Assembly: GCA_032718475.1 (NCBI GenBank)
Contig: JAUCBJ010006747.1
Location: forward strand, 1-64,000
Direction: 5' to 3'
Length of the DNA: 64,000 bases
Origin: Nemertoderma westbladi
Lineage: Eukaryota; Animalia; Xenacoelomorpha
Shown here: one piece after another, positions 25,255-36,112 of the stretch
Numbering within the stretch: the first letter of the stretch is position 1
Layout of the letters: the number at the start of each line of letters is the position of its first letter
The notes under the pieces: model-generated
What the model saw: only the letters and a program-made list of their open reading frames with translations
Told to the model about the DNA's origin: nothing
Databases searched by the model: none
Program-made: the position numbers and the translations under genes

Positions 25255-27377
25255 GTTCTACATTAGACTACCAAGTAACTCCTGTCCAATTGATTTTCCT
25301 CGTAATACTGGTAGTAATTATCAGATCAATTTCCATGGCGCCTTACCTATAAATCCAAACGAAAACTGGGTGGTAGGTATAAAAAGTATATTTTACTTAG
25401 CCACGTTACCGTCCATGTATAACTATGTACAGTCCCTATCTCATTCTAGATACCGTTTCTCAAACTGGGTACCTTTTCTCTTACCTCACTCTTACTAACT
25501 CAAACCTGTCTGGTTTACTCAAACCCAACTCAAACTCGCGTAACCACCCACTGTGCACTGTGTAGCATTCATACAACAAGCTGTCTGTGTTTAATGGCCC
25601 ACTTGCTTCTGTTATACTCTGCCTACGGGTTTGATGGTCTTCTGCTGTTATAACATTCCCTAAACTTGATTTGTTTGTGTGTAATTAACTCCAGTAGACA
25701 GTGAGAATTAAGTTGCAGACTCAGTGACTCAATTTATTTTTAAATTTCAGAATAAAAAAATTATATGCTAAATTATTAATTAATCTAAATCTCGAATAAA
25801 CTACTCGATCTACTAATTAAACTAAATTAATTTTTTATTGCATTTATTAAGTATTTATGACTCATAACATATTAACGTTATTTTACATTAAAATATAACC
25901 ATATAATATATAACCAACCAATTTTATAAATTTATTTTAATGTCGCGTATTTTCGCTAATGTTTCTAATGTTTAACTTTAATGTTTTACTAATGTTTAAT
26001 TCTCTATTACATCGTCAACACAATTATTCCCAATACATCCGGGTGTGGGCATACCGGGCAAAGGGGCCAGAGGAAACCTCTGTAATTATAGACAGGGCCA
26101 TATTTATGGGAGGGGGGTGGGGGGGGGGGGGGGGTGTTGCGAGGTCCCATATGCACTAATAATTCTTAATTAACAATTCGATTTTTAAACTGATATGTCT
26201 TGTAAGGCACCAATTGACATCAAACAGACAGACAACAGAGCACCAATTTCCCACAACAATATTCCCAGAATTAAAACTTTCTCTACAAACAGACCGAGCC
26301 AGTGTAGTTTAGTTAACAACATACATTTAGTAAAGCCCACAAAGGAACTGTGTGATTGACATGTCTTTTATGAGACACACGCAAGCCGGCCTGCCCAGCT
26401 TATGTAACTCAAGAGCCCAAGCAACACTAACAGACAGAGGCCCCTTCCCCATGTGGTGCCTCACTCAACCAGAGTAATTATCCATCCCGTACAGGAAGAG
26501 TAATGCTGAGTATGGCACAGTTGGAGGTCAACCTAACTCAAACCATGGTGCCAGACTCTAGTTTGAGTTAGATTGAGCTGGCTGCATCTTTCTGATTTCT
26601 CAACTCTTACCCCAGTCTTACCTACTGAAATTCTCCGTTGACTATCATTAGTAAACGGTTTGAGAAATGATACCCAGTTTGAGAAATAATATTCAGAATG
26701 AGATAGGGACTGTAGAGAATGTTATTTTATTAAAAAAAGGGAAAAAAAATTTTGAGGATACACTTCCATCCGGTTTGTTCTACAGTATCAATGACATTAT
26801 AGATTATTTTAACACTGGGGCGTTGAAAGATAAATTACAAATAGTTGAAAATACTCAGCAAAATAGGTTGCAATTTATTTTAGGGAAAACTGTACGAGAG
26901 TTATTTATAGGTCAACAATTAGCCTATTATTTTGGAATTACTGAAAATAATCTCGGCGCGAATTTAAATCCAAATTTTAAAATTATTTTGAAGACGAAAA
27001 ATAATATAAAGGGTTATTTAATAAAGGTTATCGGAAATGAAGAAAAAGCTTACCAGATGGTATTTTTATGCCCTCAACCACCCAATTCTATTCCAGAACC
27101 TAAATCGAACATGTACGTGACTACTAATATAATTGAAAATGAATATATTAATGACTTTGGTTTAGCCTTACTTCATCATGTCGCGATACCTGATGACGTG
27201 AAATATGGTAGTGTAATAAATAAAGAATTTGTCAAGGATACAATTCATTATATCCCTGTAAAAAAATCATATAAGATAACATACATTCATATTGAAATAA
27301 CAGACAAAGAAGGAAAAGATTTGAATTTTGAATACGGCACAACTTCAATTACCTTACACTTTAAAAAAATAAATTAA
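25247..27377 (+). pseudogene. Minor capsid protein (penton) 2, split by a MITE
   Basis: MDEFYIRLPSNS..FPRNT.SNY (25247-25429) joins in frame to ENVILL..MYVTTNII..YIPV..IHIEITDKEG..LNF..GTTSITLHFKK (26715-27377), giving 281 aa. Confidence 0.88.
25430..26712. mobile_element. Non-autonomous Tc1/mariner-like element (MITE)
   Basis: TIRs CAGTCCCTATCTCATTCT / AGAATGAGATAGGGACTG with inner TTCTCAAACTGGGTA match; TA duplication at 25428-29 and 26713-14. Confidence 0.9.
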
Positions 27378-27378
27378 A

Positions 27379-27945
27379 ATGGATTCCGATTTATTTCAAA
27401 GATACAGTAAACCTCAATATGGTGGTGCAGACTCTAATCTTGCTGTTGTTAAAGGTGGTAGAAGTACAAGAGGCTCGACGCAAGTTCCTGTTTTTCGAGG
27501 TGGTTCATATATTGACCCTTACGGACAACAAATTGGTGCATTTGGTCCAAACTTAAAACAACGTCGTTTTCAACGTTATCGTAGAGGTATGTTGCGAACA
27601 AATCAACACGGGGAAGGTATATTTACAGACGCTTTATCTACATTGAAAAAATTTGGTAAGCCATTAGCAAAAAAAGTGTTACAGAAAGCTTTACCATTTA
27701 CCACAAAATTTATGAGACAACACGTAATACCAAAAGGTAAGCGGGTCTTACATCAGCAGGCTAATACGGTTATTAATAAAGCATTAAATAAAATGAAACC
27801 ATCCACAAGATCGGTTGTAGAAAAAGTTTATAGAGACTTAAAGCGACGTACTAGACCAATGTCTATGAACATACATCATCGACGTAGTAAAAAGAGAAAA
27901 ATAAAAGGCAAACTGAAACACTGCGAAAAAAAGTATTTTTTAATA
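27379..27945 (+). CDS. Basic core (pVII-like) protein, currently in frame with the major capsid
   Basis: Very R/K-rich; Gly-Gly/GxG sites QYGG, VKGG, FRGG, QHGEG; precedes MSIIKELDLF. Confidence 0.6.
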
Positions 27946-29206
27946 ATGTCAATTATTAAGGAATTAGATTTATTTTCTACACAGCCAATACAGACTGAAT
28001 TTAAAGCAAAGCATTATGAAACAATTTACCCGGTATCCAATCTCAGAAGTGAGTCTAGGGAAGTCACGTTCCTTGTACCAAGATCCAATGAATTCTATAC
28101 GAAACTGCAAGATGCGTTATTAATTACAAAATGTACTGTACGGTGGGATAGACGACTTGAAAACTCCCATATTTATATGTTGAATTACCCCGCTGGAACT
28201 ATGTGGAGTGATATTAAAATAGACCTTAATGAGAAGCAGGTTGAAAATGGCAATAACCATTATTTCTACAAGTCGTACTTATCCAATTTACTATTTACAA
28301 CATACGAATCTAAAAATGGGCTACTGGGGGCGGGTGGATTTCATCAGCCTTTATCCGAACACGGAAATGAAATTGATCCTGGTGCGCATCCTATTGGCGA
28401 TGCCTTTAGTAAACAAATGCAATTTGTAAGTGGATTGACAATTGATTTTGATACTGAAACTAAAATAATACAACCCGGGTATGATTTAAGAATGCATTTT
28501 AGAAAAGTATCAAATTTGTTTATTTTTAAAATCACTCCAAACACAAACGCTGTGACAAATCTTCGGTTAGAATTAGATGAAGTAAAGATCCTAATCTCTA
28601 GAATGGAGGTTAATCCCGTAATAGAAAGCAGTCACCTAAAAGGTTTAGAGAGTTACGATATTGAATATCAATTCCAAAAAAAGGAGGTTACAACATTTAC
28701 TATTCCCGCACAAACCACAAATTACACCCAAACAAACATATTTGATGGTAAAAAACCCAAATTAGTTATTATCGGTTTTATAACAAATAATGCATTATTC
28801 GGGAGAATTAATTAGTAACCCCTTGAAATTTGAACATTTTAACCTTAGACGCGCGGAACTGATTGTAGACGGTCTTCCAGTAGGTGGTGTAATATACGAG
28901 CCTAATTTTACAGATGGAACATACATTTTTGAGTATACTCAATTAATGAAAAACATTAATACATATATTAACGGTTATGGAGGTAATAATATAGACCATG
29001 AAACCTACTTAGGTAATTGCCCACTCATATCCTGGGACCTAACCGCCGACGGCTATGTTAGAGATCCGTAACCATCGATATTTACTAACGGCCAATTAAA
29101 ATTAAGATTTGCCGAACCGTTGGTTGAGACCATAAATGTAATCGTTTTTATTATTTATGATCAATCATTAAGTTTAAATAGCAGGAAAGAAATACATATT
29201 GATTAA
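27946..29206 (+). pseudogene. Double jelly-roll major capsid protein (frameshift ~28805, in-frame stop 29069)
   Basis: ELDLF..PIQT, YFYKSYL..LL, IFDGKKPKLVIIGF, NPLKFEHFNL, WDLTAD, LKLRFAEPL.ETINVIV..YD motifs of Polinton MCP. Confidence 0.9.
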
Positions 29207-29208
29207 GT

Positions 29209-29661
29209 ATGTTATCTACAGAGGACCTTGATATGTTTCCAGTGGGTGGTCACTATTTGGGAGCGTTTCCATCTAACAAATTACCTAAATTAGATAATAA
29301 TAAGCGGAGAGATTATGGGTTAATAGTAAACACCGATAAACAGCATCTACCCGGGGTTCATTGGATAGCTATATATATACGAGATAATGAGGCTGAATTA
29401 TTTAATTCGTTCGGACCAAAATATCCAAACAGATGTATTGAAAAATGGCTTGAGAAAAATTCAGCAAGATGGCGTACTACCCAGAAACAATTTCAAGACC
29501 CCAGGAGGACCACATGTGGATTATACTGTCTTTATTACTTGGTAAATCGAATTCACACAAACTATCCAATGAGAGCGTTTACAAATAATGTCGAAATAAA
29601 TGAAATAATATTATATAAATGGCTTGTTAATTATTATAAAATAAACCAACAAGCGTTGTAA
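29209..29661 (+). CDS. Adenain-like cysteine maturation protease
   Basis: GAFPSNKLP, IVNTD..PGVHWIA, FNSFG, QFQ...TTCGLYC. Confidence 0.9.
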   Translation: MLSTEDLDMFPVGGHYLGAFPSNKLPKLDNNKRRDYGLIVNTDKQHLPGVHWIAIYIRDNEAELFNSFGPKYPNRCIEKWLEKNSARWRTTQKQFQDPRRTTCGLYCLYYLVNRIHTNYPMRAFTNNVEINEIILYKWLVNYYKINQQAL

Positions 29662-29692
29662 TTAATCATTTAACTTTTGTTTATCAGATAAA

Positions 29693-30298
29693 ATGGATAA
29701 TATTATTTTTGTTGATTTTCAATATTACAAGATAGACAATAAGGAATATCCAGTAGTATTTAAAGAATTTGCTATATTCGATTCTAATTACACCAAAACT
29801 AATGTAAAGACGTTTTTAATTAAAGGTCCACCTAATATTAAGTTATCAGCATTAGATAAAGCTCATGTAAACAATTTACGAGACATGACTTCGCATTTAC
29901 CTTGGGATTACTGTGACATTTCGCAAGATGACTTTAAAAAGTACATGAAGAGACATTTAAAATATAAAAGAAATATACATGTATTTGGGTTGATGAAGCG
30001 GGCAATATTAGTTTCCCAACTTGATGTTCTCGCACCAAATTCGATGGAGAAATTGTGGATATATCAATATCAGCAATATTACAATTATTTAACCCCCTGT
30101 CGCTTCCACGATCAATTTATTACACTAGAAAATAAATGTGCTTTCCACTTAAACACAAGGGATAACTGTCTGCGGTACTGCTCTGCAAAACGTGTTGGCG
30201 GGTTTGAATTGAAACGATTTTTCGTGAGAAAGCGTTTAACTGACACTGATGATAAACAGAAAGAAATAACTGCGGTGGAAGATGTACTCGTACATTAG
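29693..30298 (+). CDS. DnaQ/DEDD-fold nuclease-like protein with C-terminal Cys/His cluster
   Basis: IIFVDFQ..VFKEFAI, HLPWDY, VFG..K, C..H..C..H..C..CSAKRV; AATAAA downstream (~30348-30363). Confidence 0.5.
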   Translation: MDNIIFVDFQYYKIDNKEYPVVFKEFAIFDSNYTKTNVKTFLIKGPPNIKLSALDKAHVNNLRDMTSHLPWDYCDISQDDFKKYMKRHLKYKRNIHVFGLMKRAILVSQLDVLAPNSMEKLWIYQYQQYYNYLTPCRFHDQFITLENKCAFHLNTRDNCLRYCSAKRVGGFELKRFFVRKRLTDTDDKQKEITAVEDVLVH

Positions 30299-30786
30299 GT
30301 TTACTCTAAGCATGTAATGTGATGGGATAATATAATTGTTTTAATGTCAATAAAAATAATAAAAACATTAAAATCTATTTTTTTATATCTCAGTTTGACT
30401 GAAGGTGTAGGGCTTAAGTTTACACTCACAAACACACCGTACCTACCGGTAGCCGGCTGTTGTATCAGAGTTTAACTACCAGTAGCTGACTTTACACACA
30501 TACAGACATATAACAACAACGCTAAACTGTAGAACGGCAGAATGGGCAGAATGGCACCCCCAGCGCTTTAGCGTTACTTACTAAATAATAAAATTAAATT
30601 AACTCTGACATGGGGGTTCGTGAATGCAGCATTAGTGGGGCCCACCTAACAATAGGCCTACTGGTACCGGCGCTGTAGCACTCTTGTAACTGTATACTTG
30701 GATAGAGCAAGGGCATGCAGGTTTCTTTGATTTAAGGATTAGGCTATTACACTTGAATGCTTCCAATTTTCTGTTTACAACTTTAA

Positions 30787-31000
30787 TTGGTCTAATCTAT
30801 ATTACTGCGGGCTACTACTGTTGCATAGGCAAGCCTATACAGCTATAGTTAACTTTATGCGGCCCCCTTTTTCGAATGTTGACCCAATATGGTTGGTCTA
30901 ATCTACATTACTGTGGGCTACTACTGTTGCATAGGCAAGCCTATACAGCTATAGTTAACTTTATGTGGCCCCCTTTTTCGAATGTTGACCCAATATGGTT
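30787..31000. repeat. ~105-bp tandem duplication
   Basis: TTGGTCTAATCTA(T/C)ATTACTG...GACCCAATATGG occurs twice in direct succession. Confidence 0.9.
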
Positions 31001-31328
31001 TACGGTTAACCTTTAGAACTCACACTAGGCGCACCTTCATTCGGTTAGGCATATAGGCCTAATCACTACTCCTCGACTGAAAGCCTCCTAGCACATTGAT
31101 ACAATAGGTGTGGCTAGCAATATATAAAATTCACCGCGCCCAAGTTCATTCATTCACTTCATGTTGTAGGCCTATAGGCCTATAAAACATAATTAGTTTA
31201 TTTATGTATTCGCTTTTTTTTTAATTAGATATAAAATATAAAATACACAATACAATACAAAAACCTACTGATACCGGTAACACACGTGACTAATTATATA
31301 GGCCTATGAGTCTACTTGCTGTACGAGT

Positions 31329-31682
31329 CTACTGATGTATTCTCGGATCAGATGGAAGTAGTAGAGTTGGTGTTGGAACTGGAGCTGCTGCTATATCTTC
31401 ATGTTCATCCCAGTTCTCTCCCCTACTATAATTGTCTAGACTTATCTGATGCGCCGCTCCAGGTTGTACTCTAACGTTTAAATTGAAGTTTTTATTGGTC
31501 GTCAATGTGGTTTGGTGACCTTGGCTGCCGCTGGTTTTATTTTTAATCATTATTGTTATTTCACCGTTGTTGTTTTTTAAATGTAATTCAGTTACATTTA
31601 ATGATGTGAAATAAAGGTCGTCTCCATCAACATCAAATTTTAATAAACAGTCGTCGCTATTTTCAATGAAAGAAAATGCCAT
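31329..31682 (-). CDS. Unknown ORF (117 aa) inside the Maverick
   Basis: ATG-initiated ORF in a compositionally distinct interval; no motif recognised. Confidence 0.4.
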   Translation of the reverse strand: MAFSFIENSDDCLLKFDVDGDDLYFTSLNVTELHLKNNNGEITIMIKNKTSGSQGHQTTLTTNKNFNLNVRVQPGAAHQISLDNYSRGENWDEHEDIAAAPVPTPTLLLPSDPRIHQ

Positions 31683-32422
31683 CTTGGATGTCGGTGTTGG
31701 ATGTTGGATGTCGGAACGGATGTTGGTTGATTGATAGAGAAGGATTGTCGGAACTGAAGTTTGTTGAGGTTAGTTTTTTTTTTTTTTTCAAATATGAAGA
31801 TAAGTTAGGCCTAGTCTATACCGGTATTTATTTTTTTATTTTACGGTAGGGAAACAAAATTATAGTTCACTGTTAGAAAAATTGAGTTTATATATATTTT
31901 TGTATAGGGTCGCAGATGTTTAGATTACAAAATTCTCATAGTTAACAAAATGCACAACATAAACCTTTCCCATGCGGATTAGTTAGCGATATATGCTCTG
32001 TTCGTTGTTCTATTCTGAATGTAGGGAGATGCATAGCTGATGTTTTAATAATATGTACCGGTATACAGACTAGTAACAGATAGGAGGGCATCGTCTTTGA
32101 CTATGAATACCAGCGCATAGCCCTAATCTTTTCTCAACGAGCTTAGCGTTGCCTGCCGCACACATACACACTCATAAGTAACAGATGCGCTATTGTAGCT
32201 CACTCGTGAGCAGCGATGCTTAGTTAGCTAGCTAGCTAGCTACGGCCGCTGAGTAAACTATGCCTACTCGAGTGTTACAAGCAATCGCTCTACTGAAGTT
32301 AGTTAGTTAGTTGTTGATTTTAAAAAAATATTCATAAATTTTTTCCAACCAAATTTAATATATACTTTACAGTAAAAATCTCCACCACCAAACAGCAACA
32401 ACAACAACAACAACAATAAATT

Positions 32423-32985
32423 TCACTCGCACGAATTATATTTTACATCAAAAACCCTCGCACCAAACAATAATAAATTATTAACCAGTTTGTTGAATAT
32501 AGGATAATATATATGAAATTTAAACGGGGAACACATTAATGTACATTTACCAGTGTAGAAGCAGCAAACAACAACAATATTATTTATTCTGACTTTACAG
32601 TTATTGAATATTTCGGGCTCGTATTAAATTTCTAGTTTAACATTATCAAATATAACATAAAACCCGATATTGTTTATAAGTAACCTATAAATTACGGTAT
32701 CGATACTAAAAATATAAGTACACAAATTGATTGATTTAAAAATCAAATTAATGTTTGTTTTTTCGAATATATGCTTTTTCACTTTATTAAAATTATATTT
32801 TCTACCGAGAATTGTTATTCGTCCATTTGTAAACATTAATATGGTTGCACCAAATACCTTATATATAAACTGATTAGGTTTGAGTACAATTTTACCATTC
32901 AATTGATTTTTAATTCTTTTAAATTAAGTCCATAAATGATCTGCTTACAACTTATATTTTTATTTACTATTTGATAATTCATCAT
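32423..32985 (-). pseudogene. TATA-binding-protein-like gene (one frameshift, one in-frame stop)
   Basis: Reconstructed MNYQIVNKNISC..LNLKEL/NQLNG..KPNQFIYKVFGATILMFTNGRITILG..*YEPEIFNNCKVRINNIVVVCCFYTGKCTL; two TBP-like repeats (ATALIFSSGK.V..G and YEPELF..IF.SGKVVL). Confidence 0.62.
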
Positions 32986-35900
32986 CAACACCATCGTCTT
33001 TTGGTTCTTCATAAATTGGTATATTTGATATTTTTATAGGTTTTTTGAGGTTTGTTTTATAGTGCCCCCAAGGAAGTGATTGATTTTTATTAACCCAATA
33101 AAGTTTATCATCAAAGCTACTGAGTGCAAATTTATTTTGCTTTAAGGTATAAATACGATGTAATTTAGATTGAAATCTGTGTATGTTTTTTTTTATTTCT
33201 TCATTTGAGTTATATGCTTTTAAATATTCTTCATGTTCGATTCTTCATGTGTAATATTCGTTTCCACAATAGCTCTTGTAATACCTTTTGCTCTACGAAT
33301 ATTTTTGTTATTCCATTCCAAAATTGAATATAATTTTGGTCTTAAAAATACTGCTTGTTTAATTTCAAGTGAAGCTAGTTCATCTTTACAGTAATAAAGT
33401 CTCGATTTATTTTTATCGCTGTAGAGAGGGTGATCCTTAGGGTAATTGGATGTATCTAAAATATTATTTTTAATTAATGCTTTTAAAAAATTATTCTGCG
33501 ATGTATTATAGTAACATCCTATTAAAGAGTCTGTATCTGATGCAGCAATTTCAATACGGCAGTTTAATTCTTTCTCAATAGGTAGCAATTTATTATAAAA
33601 CAGCTCATACATATCCAATTTAGCCAAGTCCAACACAGTGCTACCAATAAATATAGGCTTATCGAGAGTTACAGAGTCTTTCACTAATAAATGTCCCGAT
33701 AATGTATTATTGTATATTATAAATTGTTCATGATTAATACGATTTACCAATTGGTCGCATTTATCATTGCTATTTGCAATACGAAAGTTACATCGATCTC
33801 TTATCTTTTCTATTGATTTGCCAAATAACGAATTATTAAGCAATTTCGCGACAGCTGTTTCAATGTAACTTTTTGCTAGTCGCCTTTGATTAATATTAAA
33901 ATCGATGTAATTTTTAAATACAAATTCTTGTTGAAAAGAATATAATTTATGTAGTTTAGTAACAATTAATCCATGTTTTATATAAAATTTTAACAGTTTC
34001 AAATGTAAATGATAAAACTCTTTATCAAATTGCGTCAGCAAGAGTTTTGGTATAGGCATCCTATATTTACGGGAGGTACCTCTTTGTATCGATAAGTTAT
34101 TAAATTGTTCCCTCATATAAGGCGAAAGCATTGATTCATTTATACTTAAATGCTCTGGAGCTAACGGTAATTGTAATGTTTGATCGTGAATAGCTTTGGG
34201 ATAATTTAAATCACATATTAAAAAATATCCAGTAGATCCATCAATTTCTAAATCTACCAAGTACTCGATTAGTTTTTCTGGAATTGCATTCTCTAAGTGT
34301 TTAATACTTACTTCTTTGAATTGTGAGGTGGGTAGTTTTTTACTTAAATTCCCAGAATATAAAGAGTTGAAATCAATATTAAAAATATGGCATTCTTCCT
34401 TAGTAGAATCATATGTACTTGTTCCTGGTATATTTGATTCTATATAATGCTTTCGACAAAATGAAACACCACCCCTAATTGATTTTTCAAAATCTCTATA
34501 TGTCTGATAATCCTTTATTAATTCTATTTTACATTTATTATATTTTAGTGCGCAATCATAGGTAAATGACGCGATACTACAGTAAAAAACCGCTTCTAAA
34601 TCGTAATTTTGTTTACAAACCTTCCTAAAATTCTCAAATATATCAGCAAGCAAACAAACATTGAGTTTTAAATAGGCTAAAAGATAATCTTTGAGATTCA
34701 CACAGTCGAATTGTACCCATGATAATTCCGCAAACCTATAATCTTCAATTGTGCATGTTTTTTGACTTAAGTTACTAAAAAAATTATTTATAGACGGCAA
34801 ACCAGTATCATTAAATTTATTTATATCTGTCAAGTACTCGTATGGAAATACTCCTTTCCGTTTAATTGTTGAGTTATTCAAGTTTGGATAAAAATATTTC
34901 ATTTCTTGTAGAGTAATAGGTAAAATTGAGCTTATATCATGACTCGCCACATCCTTTGTTGAACACTCAACTAAATTACTTAAAGAAAAGCTTAAAAATT
35001 GATATGTGTCTAAGAAACGTAACTCAATTTTCTTAGAAGTGTTTTTAATTGGGATAAATGTACTCAGTGAAATATATCGTTCTGTATTTCTCGGTATAAC
35101 CTTTATATCCCAATCTGTGTATTTCTTATCTCTAAATCCGGTTTGTAATATACAATGTATATCATAATTACTGGAATTATGCCCGCAAAGTACATACAGG
35201 TATCGTTTCAATGATAAACTTTGGTCACAACTATTACAGGCTGCCGCAATATATTTACCTGTAATATGTGAATGATGTCTGTTTTTCCCTACATTATTAT
35301 TTAAAGTAACATTACAATAGAAACAAAATTTTGCTTGTTCAAAATTTACAAAATCAATATTAGTAAATGACATAGTTTTATGAGTGTATATTTCTGACCA
35401 ACAACATAATTCAGTTAAATCAGTATATAATGAATCTAAGAAATCTTGAATACAATTATTATTATTTGACTTTACGAATGTTTTCAAATGACATTTTGGA
35501 GCATCAATTAATTCAGTATTAGGAACAATTAAATAACTCACAGCACACGGTATATGCTCCTGTATAATTTGATTATTAACTGAAGGTTGTAAGATACATT
35601 CTATATCAAAGTAGGTGACAAACAATGGGGTTAAGGTTCTATCTAAATTTGTAAAACTAATGTGTGTTCTTTTTTTATTAGGTAGTTTCTCTCGTTGACT
35701 TCTTCCTTGGTAGCATGCGAGACGGTGTCGATGAAGAACTTCCGCTCGAAAAAAGTGAGCCAAACACCTTTCACAATATTTCCTATTCCCGATATGAAGA
35801 GCTCTCGTATTCAGCAATCGATTCAAGTTAGTTATGCTAACATAATGATTCAGTTTAGGTACATTGTTATTTTTTACTACAAGTAATATATTTAATAACT

Positions 35901-36112
35901 GTTTATCAGGTGTAATTTTACTAAACGGAGGTTGTCTTAATATAGATACAGGGGTGCGTTTGTTGTCGTTATTCCAACATAGTAAATTAATTATATATTT
36001 TGAATTTTGTTTTTCAAAAAGTTTAATCGCTAACTGCCACTCTGTTGGATAATCATTTTTCCCGTTGTCAAAAATGAAATGACTCATATAATTTTTGTAC
36101 GACGAAGTAAGC

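Noticed and set aside
26667-26714. N-terminus MIPSLRNNIQNEIGTV of the 236-aa ORF
   Set aside because: Derived from the MITE right TIR; the real N-terminus is at 25247.
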